From an uncultured Candidatus Micrarchaeota archaeon (GTDB lineage: Archaea > Micrarchaeota > Micrarchaeia > Anstonellales > Bilamarchaeaceae): 64,000 nt of DNA. The notes under the pieces were generated by a model that had not been told where the DNA came from, did not search any database, and worked only from the letters and a program-made list of their open reading frames with translations. Both the position numbers and the translations under genes were made by a program. Below, piece after piece: positions 28,601 through 40,600 of this stretch. The DNA lies in contig OY970229.1 of NCBI GenBank assembly GCA_963714085.1, forward strand, positions 288,001 to 352,000, in the 5' to 3' direction. Each line of letters starts with the position of its first letter. The stretch's first letter is position 1.

Positions 28601-31600
28601 TAGCCCAGCGTGGTCGGGGTGTTGTTCGTCGCGGTCGTGGAGTTGCGGATCGTGCCGTCTATGCTGAGGTTGCATGACGCGTTCGGGTAGACCGGGTCGG
28701 TCTCGTTGAAGGTGAAACCCAGCGAATTCGAGGAGGTGTTGATGCCGCTCGTCGGGGAGTCGAGGACGACCGTGGGCGCGGTCGTGACCACGCTGAAGTT
28801 CCCGGTCGCGCTCACATTGCTGTTGTTGGCGTTGTCCGTGCAGTTGACGTACCAGGTGTGGCTCCCGTCGGTTATGCCGCTGACGTTGAAGACGGTGGCT
28901 GTGTTGTTGCTCACCGAGGAGTTGGTCCGGTTCGGGGCGCTGTCCAGGAAGAGCGAGCAGCTCATCTTCTGGGCCAGGTTGTCCTGAGCCGTGAAGTTGA
29001 ATGCGACCGTGGACGAGTTGACCGGGGCCAGGTTCGCCGGCGAGTTGAGGCTCACGGACGGCGGGGTCGTGTCGAGCGTGAAGCTCCTGGTCGCGCTCGT
29101 GTTCGCGTTGTTGCTGGAGTCCACGCAGGATATGTTCCAGTAGTGGAGCCCGTCGGGCAGGCCGGAGTAGCTCACGGTCGCCAGGGTGTCGTTCAATGCG
29201 GCCGTGGAGGCGCGGAATGAGCCATCCACCGTGAGGTTGCACGAGGCGGTCGGGTAGACGGTGTCGGTCTCGATGAAACTGAAGTTCAATGTCGCAGCGG
29301 AGATATTGATGCCGTTGGCCGGGGAGACGAGGGATATCATCGGGGCTATGGTGGTGACTGTGAAGAGCCAGGTCACGCTCGCGTTGGTGTTATTGGCGCC
29401 ATCCGTGCAGGAGACGCTCCAGTTGTGGGCCCCGTCGGCCAGGCCGGAGTAGCCCAGGCCCGTGAGGGTGTTGTTAGCCGCGATCGTGGAGTTGCGTACG
29501 GCGCCGTCGACGCTGAGGCTGCACGATGCGTTCGTGAAGACCGGGTCGGTCTCGTTGAAGGTGAAGTTGATGGACTTGGCCGTGGTGATGTTGCCGCTGG
29601 CCGGCGAGCTGAGCGTCACGGTCGGCGCGGTCGTGACCACGGTGAAGCTCCTGTTGCCGCTCGTGCCGTTGTTGCCCGCGTTGTCCGTGCACGAGACGTA
29701 CCAGGTGTGGCTGCCGTCGGTTATGTTGCTGACCGTGAAGAGCGTCGCCGTGTGGTTGGACACCGATGCGTTGGTCGCGTTCGAATCGCCGTCCAGGTAG
29801 AGCGAGCAGCCCATCTTGGAGGCGAGGTTGTCCGTCGCGGTGAAGTTGAATGTGATCGTGGATTTGTTATACAGCGACTGGTCTGCCGGCGAGCTCGGGC
29901 TCACGGTCGGCTCTGTCACGTCCACCGTGAAGCTCCTGGGCGCGCTCGTGCCGGTGTGGTTGGCCGCGTTGGTGCAGGAGACGTTCCAGCTGTGGGCCCC
30001 TTCGGCTGCGGTGTAGCCCAGGGTCGTCGCGGTGCTGTTGTTGGCGGTGGTGGAGTTGACCGCCGAGCCGTCGATACTCAGGTTGCATGCAGCGGTCGCG
30101 AAGAGGCTGTCCGTCTCGTTGAAGGTGAAGTTCAATGACGTCGATGAGGTGTTGAGGCCGTTTATCGGGGAGACGAGGGACACCGACGGGACCGAGGTGG
30201 CCGCGGTGAAGATCCTGGTCTCGCTCGTATTCGCGTTGCCCGCGTTGTCCGTGCACGAGACGTACCAGGTGTGGTTGCCGTCGCTCATGTTGCTGACCGT
30301 GAAGAGCGTCGCTGTGTTGTTCAGCACCGAGACGTTGGTCCTGTTCAGGACGTTGTCGAGGTACAAGGAGCAGTTCATCGTGGAAGCCAGGTTATCTATC
30401 GCGGTGAAGTTGAATGCGACCGTGGACGAGGTGTATATGGACTGGTTGGCCGGGGAGTTGAGGGTCACGTTCGGCGGCTCTGTGTCCACCATGAAGCCCC
30501 TGGGCGCGCTTATGGCGGTATCATTGGCCGCGTTCGTGCAGGTGACGCTCCAGTTGTGGGCCCCTTCGGCTGCGGTGTAGCCCAGGGTCGTCGCGGTGCT
30601 GTTGTTGGCGGTGGTGGAGTTGACCGCCGAGCCGTCTACGCTCAGGTTGCATGCAGCGGTCGCGAAGACCGGGTCGGTCTCGTTGAAGACGAAGTTCAAC
30701 GCTGTCGAGGAGGTGTTGAGGCCCGAAACAGGCGAAATGAGGTACACGGTCGGGGCGGCCGGGGCAGACGTGAAGCTCCAGGTCGCGCTCGTGGCGGTGT
30801 TGTTCGCCGCGTTCGTGCAGGTGACGTTCCAGTTGTGGGTCCCCTGGGATATGCCGGAGACGCCCAGCGTGGCCGGGGTGTCGTTGGTCGCGGTCGTGGA
30901 GTTGCGGATCGTGCCGTCTATGGTGAGGTTGCATGGCACGGTCGCGTAGACCGGGTCGGTCTCGTTGAACGTGAAGCTCAATGACGTCGCGTTGGTTATG
31001 AAGCCGCTGATCGGCGAGGCGAGGTACACGGTCGGGGACGTGGAGACGACGCTGAAGCTCCTGGTCTCGCTCGTGCCGGTGTTGTTCGCGTTGTCGGTGC
31101 ACGCTACGTACCACGTGTGGTCCCCGTCGTCTATGCTGCCGGTCGTCAGGACGGTCGCGGTGTTGTTGTTCGTCGCTGGATGGACCAGGGCCAGGGCGTC
31201 GTCGATGAAGATGGAGCAGCTCATTTTCGAGGCCAGGTTGTCCTGAGCCGTGAAGTTGAAGGAGACCGTGGACGAACCGAGCTGGGACTGGTTGGACGGG
31301 GAGTTGAGGGCGATTGTCGGCGGGGTGGTGTCGACCGTGAAGTTCCTTGTCGTGCTGTTGCCCGGGTGGTTGGCCGCATTTGTGCATGAGACGTTCCACC
31401 TGTGGGCACCCTGGCTCGTGACGTTATAGCCCAGGGTCGTCAGGCTGCTGTTCGTGGCAGTGGTGGAGTTGACCACCGAGCCGTCCACCGTGAGGTTGCA
31501 TGACGCGTTCGTGAAGGCCGGGTCGGTCTCGTTGAAGGTGAAGTTCAGCGCGGTCGCCGAGGTGTTGAGGCCGTTTATCGGGGAGACCAGGGACACTGTC

Positions 31601-34600
31601 GGGCCCGTGGTGCTGACGATGAAGCTCCACGTCTCGCTTATGCCCGTATTGTTGACCGCATTGGTGCAGGAGACGTTCCAATAGTGGATTCCAGCGCCCA
31701 GGCCGGAGTAGCCCAGCGTGGTGAGGCTGCCGTTGGTCGCGGTCGTGGAGTTGCGGACCGTGCCGTCGATGGTAAGGTCGCATGAGACGCTCGGGTAGAC
31801 CGGGTCGGTCTCGTTGAAGATGAAGTTCAGCGAGGTAGCCGAGGTGATGTTGCCGCTGGCCGGGGATATCAGGGTCACTGTCGGTGATGTGATGATGACG
31901 CTCAAATCCCTGGTTTCGCTCGTGTCCGTGTTGTTCGCGTTGTCGGTGCATTGGACGTACCAGGTGTGGTCCCCGTCGGCTATGCCGCTGATTGTGAAGG
32001 TCGTTTCCGTGCCGTTTGCCGAGGCCTTGCTCTGGTTCAGGACATCGTCGAGGAAGATCGAGCAGCTCATTGTCTGGGCCAGGTTGTCGGTCGGAGTGAA
32101 GTTGAAGGCGACGCTGGATGAGCTGGATATGGACTGGTTGTCCGGGGAGTCGAGGCTCACGGACGGGGCGGTCGTGTCCACGGTGAAGCTCCTGGTGAGG
32201 CTCGTGCCGCTGTTGTCTGCGTCATCGACGCAGGAGACGTTCCAGGTGTGGGTCCCCTCGTCCAGTGGCGAGTAGCCCATGTCTGCCAGGGTGCTGTTCG
32301 CCGCGGTCGTGGAGTTGACCACCGAGCCGTCCACGGTGAGGTTGCATGGCACGGTCGCGTAGACCGGGTCGGTCTCGTTGAAGATGAAGTCCAATGCTGT
32401 CGACGACGTGTTGAGGCCGCTGGCCGGGGAGACTAGGATGATCGCCGGGCCGATGGTGGTGACCGTGAAGTTCCAGGTCTCGCTTACGGCCGTGTTATTG
32501 GCTGCGTTGGTGCAGGACACGCTCCAGCTGTGCGGGCCGCCGACCAGGCCGGAATGGCCGAGGATCGTCTCGGTGTCGTTGGTCGCAGTCGTGGAGTTGA
32601 CCGCAGTTCCGTCCATGATGAGGCTGCAGGACGCGTTCGCGTATACCGGGTCGGTCTCGTTGAAGCTGAAGTCCAATGCCGTTGACGAGGTGATGAAATC
32701 GTTGGCAGGGGAGTTGAGGACGACGCTGGGGAAGGTGGTGACGACGCTGAAGCTCCTGGTCTCGCTAGTGCCGGTGTTGTTCGCGTTGTCGGTGCACTGG
32801 ACATACCATGTGTGGTCGCCGTCGTCTATGCCGTTGCCCGTCAATACGGTCGCGGTGTCGTTGTTCGTCGCTGGATGGACAAGGGCCAGGGCGTCGTCGA
32901 TGAAGAGGGAGCAGCTCATCTTCCGGGCCAGGTTGTCCTGAGCCGTGAAGTTGAAGGAGACCGTGGACGAACCGGACGGGGACTGGTTGGCCGGGGAGTT
33001 GAGGATGATCGTCGGCACGGTGGTGTCGACCGTGAGGTTCCTGGTCGCGCTCGTGCCCGTATTGTCCGCCGCATTCGTGCATGAGACGTTCCACCTGTGG
33101 ACTCCCTGGCCCAGGGGCGAGTAGCCCATTGAGGTCAGGCTGGCGTTGGTCGCGGTGGTGGAGTTGACCACCGAGCCGTCGATGGTGAGGTCGCATGAGA
33201 CGCTCGTGTAGACCGGGTCGGTCTCGTTGAAGGTGAAGACCAATGACGTCGCGGAGGTGTTGAGATTGGCGATCGGGGAGATCGGGGACACTGTCGGGCC
33301 CGTGGTGCTTACGCTGAAGCTCCTTGTTTCCGAGGTTCCGGTGTTGCTCACCCCGTCCATGCAGCTTACGGACCAGTTGTGCTGGCCCGCGGGGATGTCC
33401 AAGGCCTGGAAGGCCGTCGCGGTGTCGTTCGCGGTGGTTTCGTTGGTCTGGTTCAGGGAACCGTCCAAGTACAGCGAGCAGTTCATGGTACTGGTCGCGC
33501 CCGTCGCATTGAACGTGAAGTTGACCGAGGCCGTGTTCGAGGCGTATCCTCCGGCAGGGGACATGAGGTCGACTGCCAGAGTGGTCTGGTGCTGCAGTAT
33601 GCCGTATGTGCCTGCCGGGTTCAGGTTCGCGAGGCTGAGCGTGCCTGCCACGGTGTCGAGCGCCGCGCCCGTGTCGCTCCAGCTCCCGTTGTAATTCCAG
33701 AGCTCGAACCTGGTTTGGTCGTATCCGTTAAGCTCTGAGCCGTTCCAGCTCCAGACTGTTGAGTCTATGGACACGTTGCCCGAGACGACCGAGATGTCCA
33801 CGAACTTCTGCGCGAACGAGTTATAGCTCGGTGGAAGGGCGGCCGGGATGCCGGACCAGTTTATAACGTATACCTCGCCGTCATCCATCGTGTCGTTGAT
33901 GGAGAGGTTGGTGAAGTTCTCCATGTTGCCCATCGGGTTGTCGAATATGATGCCGGAGAGGTTGAGCGTGATTGGGGAGCCGGAACCACCCACGACCAGG
34001 TCGTTGGTGTTGTTGGATAGGTATTGTCCCTGGACCACGGTCTGGTCGGAATATTGTATTGTGAGGCCGTTGGCGCAGTTGGATACGCTGTTGTTGCGCA
34101 GGAAGGTGTCGTTGGACGACTCAACTGAGAGGCCGAGCCAGCTGCTGGTATTGAAGTAAGCAACGCGGCAGTCGATGATGTTGTCTGTGGCGTCGGACGA
34201 GAACGACCCACTCAGTTCAAGGTTACTGTAAAATATATTGCTCAGGTTGTTCCCGGAAATCACGGTTTGGTTGCCGTCATATACATAGATGCCTTCGCTG
34301 TTGGAGTGGGCAATGGTATTATTGATGAAACTGGAGTTGGAAAGCTCATTCGCGTATATGCCATCGCTGCCGACGTTAATGACCGAATTGTTGATGAGGC
34401 TTATCGCGCTTGATGTGATTATAATGAATCCGGCATACGAATCGTTGTCAGCGACATCGTTGGTGTAAGTGACATTGTTGACGTAGTCTGTCACGAAGCC
34501 CCTGGCGTTGAAAGACGATGATACGTTGGCGACCAGGCTGTCGTTCGTCAGGTACATGAGGAAAGCGTTGTTGTAGAGCGTGTCGGAGCCGTTCACGATG

Positions 34601-37600
34601 CTGTTCGTGACCGTGGAGCCGCTCGCGCCGCAAAGCTCGATCTCAGCCGCATCCAGGCCGTCCCATGGTACCGGCTCATCCGAGTAGTACACCGGGCGGT
34701 ATCCGGAGCCGATCAGGTCGGTGATGTTGTTCTGGCAATAGGAAACATCCCAATTGTAAGGTGGATTCGGGTTGGACGGGGTTACATCAAGGTCCAAATT
34801 GCTATTTTCCATAGCCGTGTTATTGTATACCGTGTTCAGGCTGGAGCCGTAGATGCTGATGCCAGTATTGCAGTTGTTTGCGGTGTTGTTGTATATGGTA
34901 TTGTTGTCAGACGACTGGAGGGAGATGCCGTTACTGCTGATGTTATAGGCGATGTTGTCATGCAGGACATTGTTGTCGGACGAGTAGAGGACGATTCCGT
35001 TACCGTAGCTCTGGAACACGTTGCCGGATACCAGGTCATCAGTGCTTGCGTTAATTAAGATGTCGTTGTAGTCGTTGCTGAGATTGTTGTCCGTGAGATT
35101 GTTGTTCGAGCCGTGGTTCAGCATGATGCCTGCGATAGTGCCGGACCATTCGTAGCTGTTCGTCACAGTGACGTTCGTTATTACGGAATAGGTGGCCGAT
35201 TCCATGTCTATTCCGTGTCCGTAGCCGGAGATGTTCGGGCAGTTCTGGATAGTCACGTTCGTGAGCGAGGGGAACACCGCGATGCCGTAGGTGGTCGGGC
35301 CCGCAGGCGCATCCATCGTGATGTTGTAGCCGTTGCAGTCGAAGACCACGTCGGAAGAGTTTATCTCCACGCATGCCGTGCCGCCCTCGGCCATCTCCGA
35401 GGCGTCGTTCGGGGCCCCGAAGAGATTGTTCATCGGGCTGAATGTGCCGCTCGTGCTTATCACCGGGCACTCCTGGAAGCTCTCGAATATGCCGTAGGCG
35501 CCGGCCTGGCCCAGGTTCGTGAGGCCGAGCGTGTTCGCGCTGGTGTCCGGGGTGTCGTTCAGCAGGGTCCAGCCCGAGTCGTTGAGGCCCCAGAGCCCGA
35601 ACCTGCCCGGTGTGTACCCGCCCTCGGCCACTTGGTCGTCGGTCCAGCTCCAGACTATCGAATCGATGGACATCGTGCTCGAGAGATTGGTGATGTTCAC
35701 GAATGTCCGGGCGAAGGAGTCCTCCCCGGGCAGGAGGGCGGACGAGTTGCTGGTCCAGTTTATGGAATACTCTTCGCCCGGGTCCACGCTGTCGTTGATG
35801 GAGAGGTTGGTGTAGTTCTCCAGGCCGCCCAGCGGGTTGTCGAAGACGAGGCCGGAGAGGTTGATTGTCATCGGGGAGCCGGAATCGTCCTGCACCTGCA
35901 TGTCCTGGCTGTTGTTGGAGAAGTACATGCCTTGTACGGATGTCTGATCAGAGCGTTCTATCAGCAAGCCGGCATTGGAGTTGTTGGAGGCGCTGTTGTT
36001 GATGAAGGTGTTGTTGGCGGCATTCACGATGTAGAAGCCGTACCTGCCGTTGCCGCACGCGAGGTTGTTGGTGAAAGTGCTGTTTGGACTCCATGACTGC
36101 AAGCCATCGAAAGAATTGTTGCACATGACATTTCCTGAGAACAGGTTTGGCGAGGCGTTGTCTCCGGCATAGGTGTCGGCGACGTAGATGCCTGCCCAAC
36201 TGGAGTTGTCCGCGGTATTGCTGACGAAGCTGGAGCCGGAGGCCGGGTCTATGTCGATGTAGAAACCGTCAGCGATATCTCCGGCTGCCGTATTGTTGGT
36301 GAGATTGAGCGCGGTTGAATTGGTTATATGGAACCCGGCGCCGCTGTTGTTGTTCGCAATGCCGTTGAGGTACGTAATCGCGTTTGAGTCCTGCACGTTG
36401 AAACCGTCAAAGCCGGAGTTGTCCGCAGTGTCGTCGAGGAATGTGCAGTTGGAGTCGTCTGACATCAAAAAGCCGTATGAGTTCCCATAGGAGGTCGTGT
36501 TGGCTATGGTCGTGTCGTTGGTGAACTCCATGAAGAGGCCGTCGTTGTTGAGCGTGTCGGAGCCGCTGACCACGCTGTCCGTGATGTTCGAGCCGTCCGC
36601 GCCGCACAGGATGATCTCGGCGGCGTCAAGGCCGTCCCACGAGACCGGCTCGCTGGAATAGTATATCGGGCGGCCTGCGGAGCCGGTGTTGTTGAGCACC
36701 GTGGTGTTCTGGCAGTCCTCCACGGAACCGGGGTACACGCCGAAATCGGAATAGCCGTTTTCCGCTGCAGTGTTGTTGTACAGGGCGTTCTGCGCGTAGT
36801 CGAGGATGCCGAAATTCTCGTTGTTGTCGGCGGTGTTGTTGACCAGGATGTTCTGCGACCCACCGTTATAGATGCCGATTTGGTTGTTGTCCGCGTGGTC
36901 GTTGGACAGGTTGGTCTGGTTCGATGATGAGAGCAGGATGCCGAACACGCTGTTGTTGTCGAAAATGCTGTTGGATATGGTGTTCTGGTTCGACGAATCA
37001 AGGGAGATGCCCCAGGTGCCGGAGTAAAAGCCTGCGCTGACTTCGGTGATGTTTGTGAAGACGCTGTCGTTGGACTGGTAGACGTAGACGTTGTAGGTGT
37101 AATTGGATATCAAAGGGCAGTTCTGCACAGTGACGTTGGTGAGCGAGCCGTTGAGCAGGATGCCGTAGCGGTCGGTGAACATGTAGTCGTTCGTGATGGT
37201 GTGGCCGTTGCAGTCGTAGACCACGTTCGAGGCGGCGATCTTCACGCATGCCGCGCCAGGACTCGGCATCTCCGATGCGTCGTTCGGGGCTCCCGTGTAA
37301 TCGGAAGGCTGGAGATAGGTCCCCGGCGAGGTGATGACCGGGCAGCTGGTCGCGTTATAGGTCACGTTCCTCTCTTCGGTGCAGCTCTCGGCTCCGTTGA
37401 TGTCCTGCGCGCAGCCGTAATAGGCGAGGTTGTCCTCCCCGAACGGCAACGAGCCGAAGGACTGATTTGTGGAGAACTGCCATTTGCCGGCATCGTACTT
37501 GTTGAGGTTGGACTCGTAGAGCTGCTGGATCTCGGACGCGGAGAGGGTGCGGTTGTATACGCGGATCTCGTCTATCGTGCCCTGGAAGTTCTGGGAGAAG

Positions 37601-40600
37601 CCGGTGAAACCCATGCCGCCGACAAGGTATTGGCCGCCGGCGGAATTGAATACGGGATTATACGACGACGCGCTTCCTGATGCCGCACCATCGATGTAGA
37701 AAGTCGCGGTGGAGCCGTCGTATGTAACGGTGAGCTGGTGCCAGTCGCTGTCCGCGACCGTGCCTGTCGATCCGCCGAGGACGACGTTGCAGGCCCAATC
37801 GAAGAACACTGTGTTATCAGCGGCTATGCCGAGGCCCCAGCCGTTGCAATCGTGGGTATATATGATGGCCTCGCCTCCAGAGACGCTGGTGCGGTCCCTC
37901 TTTATCCAGGTCGAGACGGTCATCGGAGTGTGATCCAGGTTGCCCATGGTGAAGTTGTCGTCCACCCCGTCGAAGTGGTACGCGCCGCCGTATACGCCGT
38001 CCGAGGTCCATGCCGGGCAGGACGAGCCGCTGCACGTGGCGTTGTTGCCGTACATGCTCACGTCCGTGACGTGGCTGTCATTCTCCCCCAGGGCGGAGAC
38101 GTTGTCGAAGTCGTACATCAGCACGAGGCTGCCATCATAGGGGGTGTAGTTCGTGCCGTTCCAGTCGTAGGTGAGCTGGCCCAGCGGATAGCGAGTCTCG
38201 TTCACGCTGATGTTGACCAGGATGCTTGAATTGGACGTGAACGCGGCCTCTGGCGGAGTGGGCGGGCTGAACGCGATGGCCGGCCCGAAGACGCGGCTTG
38301 TTATATGCCTCGTTTCCGTGCATTTTCCGTGTCCGTTGATGTCCTGCGCGCAGCCGGAATAGGTGAAAATGTGGTCCCCGCCCGAGAGCACGTCGAACGA
38401 CTGGTTGATGGAGAACTGCCATTTGTTCGTGTCGTATTTGTCGAGGTTGGATTCGTAGAGCTGCATGACTTCCTGTGCCGAAAGCGAACGGTTGTAGACG
38501 CGGAGTTCGTCCATGCTCCCTTGGAAATAGCTTCCCACTCCGGCTCCTATGAGGTATTGCCCGCCGCTGGAATTGAACGTATCGTTGTAAGACTGGCTTC
38601 CGGCCGGATTGCCGTCGATATAGAAGGTCGCGGTGGAGCCGTTGTACGACATGACGACCTGGTGCCAATCCGTGTCCGTGATAGTGCCCGTTGAGGCGAT
38701 GGTGTTGACGCAGGTATGCGAGAACACCAGGGTGTTGTCAGGCCATATGAAAAAGCTCCAGCCGTTGCAGTTCCCGCTGGCGATGAGGCCCTGATAACCC
38801 GGGCGGCTGGTGCTGTTAAGCTTTATCCAGGTGGAAACCGTGAGCTGGTTATCATCCAGATTGTTCGCATTGAACTGGTCGTCCACTCCGTCAAATACGT
38901 ACGCGCCGCCGTATACGCCGTCCGGGGTCCATGCCGGGCAGGACGAGCCGCTGCACGTGGCGTTGTTGCCGTACATGCTCACGTCCGTGACGTGGCTGTC
39001 GTCCTCCCCCAGGGCCGAGACGTTGTCGAAGTTGTACATCAGCACGAGGTTGCCATCATAGGGGGTGTAGTTCGTGTTGTTCCAATCGTAGGTGAGCTGG
39101 CCCAGCGGGTTGAGCGTCTCGTTGATGCTGATGTTGATGGGGACGCCCGGGGCGCTCGTTACGTTGCCGTCGGCCGGGGTCGGCGGGCTGAACGCGATGT
39201 CCGGCCCGATGTTGTGCAATGTGATGTTCCTCGTCTCGGTGCAGGCCGTATCGGCAGCGCTATCCTGCACGCAGGCGGAATATGTGAAGTTATAGTAGCC
39301 GGCTGGCAGAGAGCCGAACGGCTGGTTGACTGAGAACTGCCATGTGCCTGCATCGTATTCGTCGAGGTTGGAGAGGTAGAGCTGCCCGACCTCGGACGGC
39401 AAGAGGCTGCGGTTGTAGACGCGCAGCTCGTCTATCTTTCCCGGGAAATATTGATCGGATGCAACAACGAGACCCCCTATCGTGTACGGCCCGCCGCCGG
39501 AATTGAAGGTATACCCGAAATATTGGTTCCCGGCCGAAGCGCCGTCTATGTAGAATCTCACGGTGTAGCCGTCGTCGGTCACGACGATATTGTGCCATTG
39601 CGTGTCATTGATTGTGCCTGCCGATTTGACGTGGTCGATGCATCTGTCTGCGAGCCACAGGGTATTGTCCGGTCCTACGTACAGTTCCCAACCGCCGCAG
39701 TTCTGGGCGTCGATAATCTCCTTGCCGCTGGCGAAGCTGGTGGTGTCCAGCTTTATCCAGGCCGAGACGCTGAATATGTTCATGTCCAGGTTGCCCGTGG
39801 TGAAGTAGTCGTCCACGCCGTCGAAGTGGAATGCGCCGTTGTATTTGCCGGACGGGGTCCATGTGGGGCAGGTCGAGCCGCTGCATACGGCGTCATGGCC
39901 GTTCATGCTCGCGTCGGCGACGTGGCTGCCGTCCTCTCCCAATGCGGAGAGGTTGTCGAAATGATAGAGGAGCACGAGGTCGTCGGTTGGATCGAGCGTG
40001 CGGTTCGTGCCGTTCCAGTCCAGGATGAACCGGGTGAGCGGATTCGAGGTCTCGTTTATGCTGATGTTTATCGGGACCGTGGAACCGCTCGTGTTCGTGC
40101 CCTCGTCCGGGGTCGGCGGTGCGAATGCTATCTGCGGCGGGATGACGTGGTGCGTTATGTTCCTCGTCTCCGTGCAGTTCTCGTTGGCAGCGGTGTCCTG
40201 CGCGCAGGCGGAATAGGTGAAATTGTAGTCGCCGGCCGGCAGAGAGCCGAACGGCTGGCTGGTGGAGAACTGCCATGCGCCGGAACCGTATTTGTTGGGG
40301 CTGGATTCGTAGAGCTGCTGCATCTCATCTGCGGTGAGGGAGCGATTGTAGATGCGGACATCGTCCATCGTGCCGTTGAAGCAGCTGTTTTCCCCATCAT
40401 AGGCGCATCCGAGCACGTATGGCGCGGCGCCGTTGAAGGTGGGCGAATACGGGTTCGCAATCCCTACCTGGACGCCGTCTATGTAGAATGTCGCTGTGTA
40501 GCCATCGTAGGTTAACGCGACCTGGTGCCATGTGTTGTCCGTGATCGTGCCTGCTGAGCCAATGGTGAAATGGCCGTGCCATTGGAGATAGAGATGGTCG

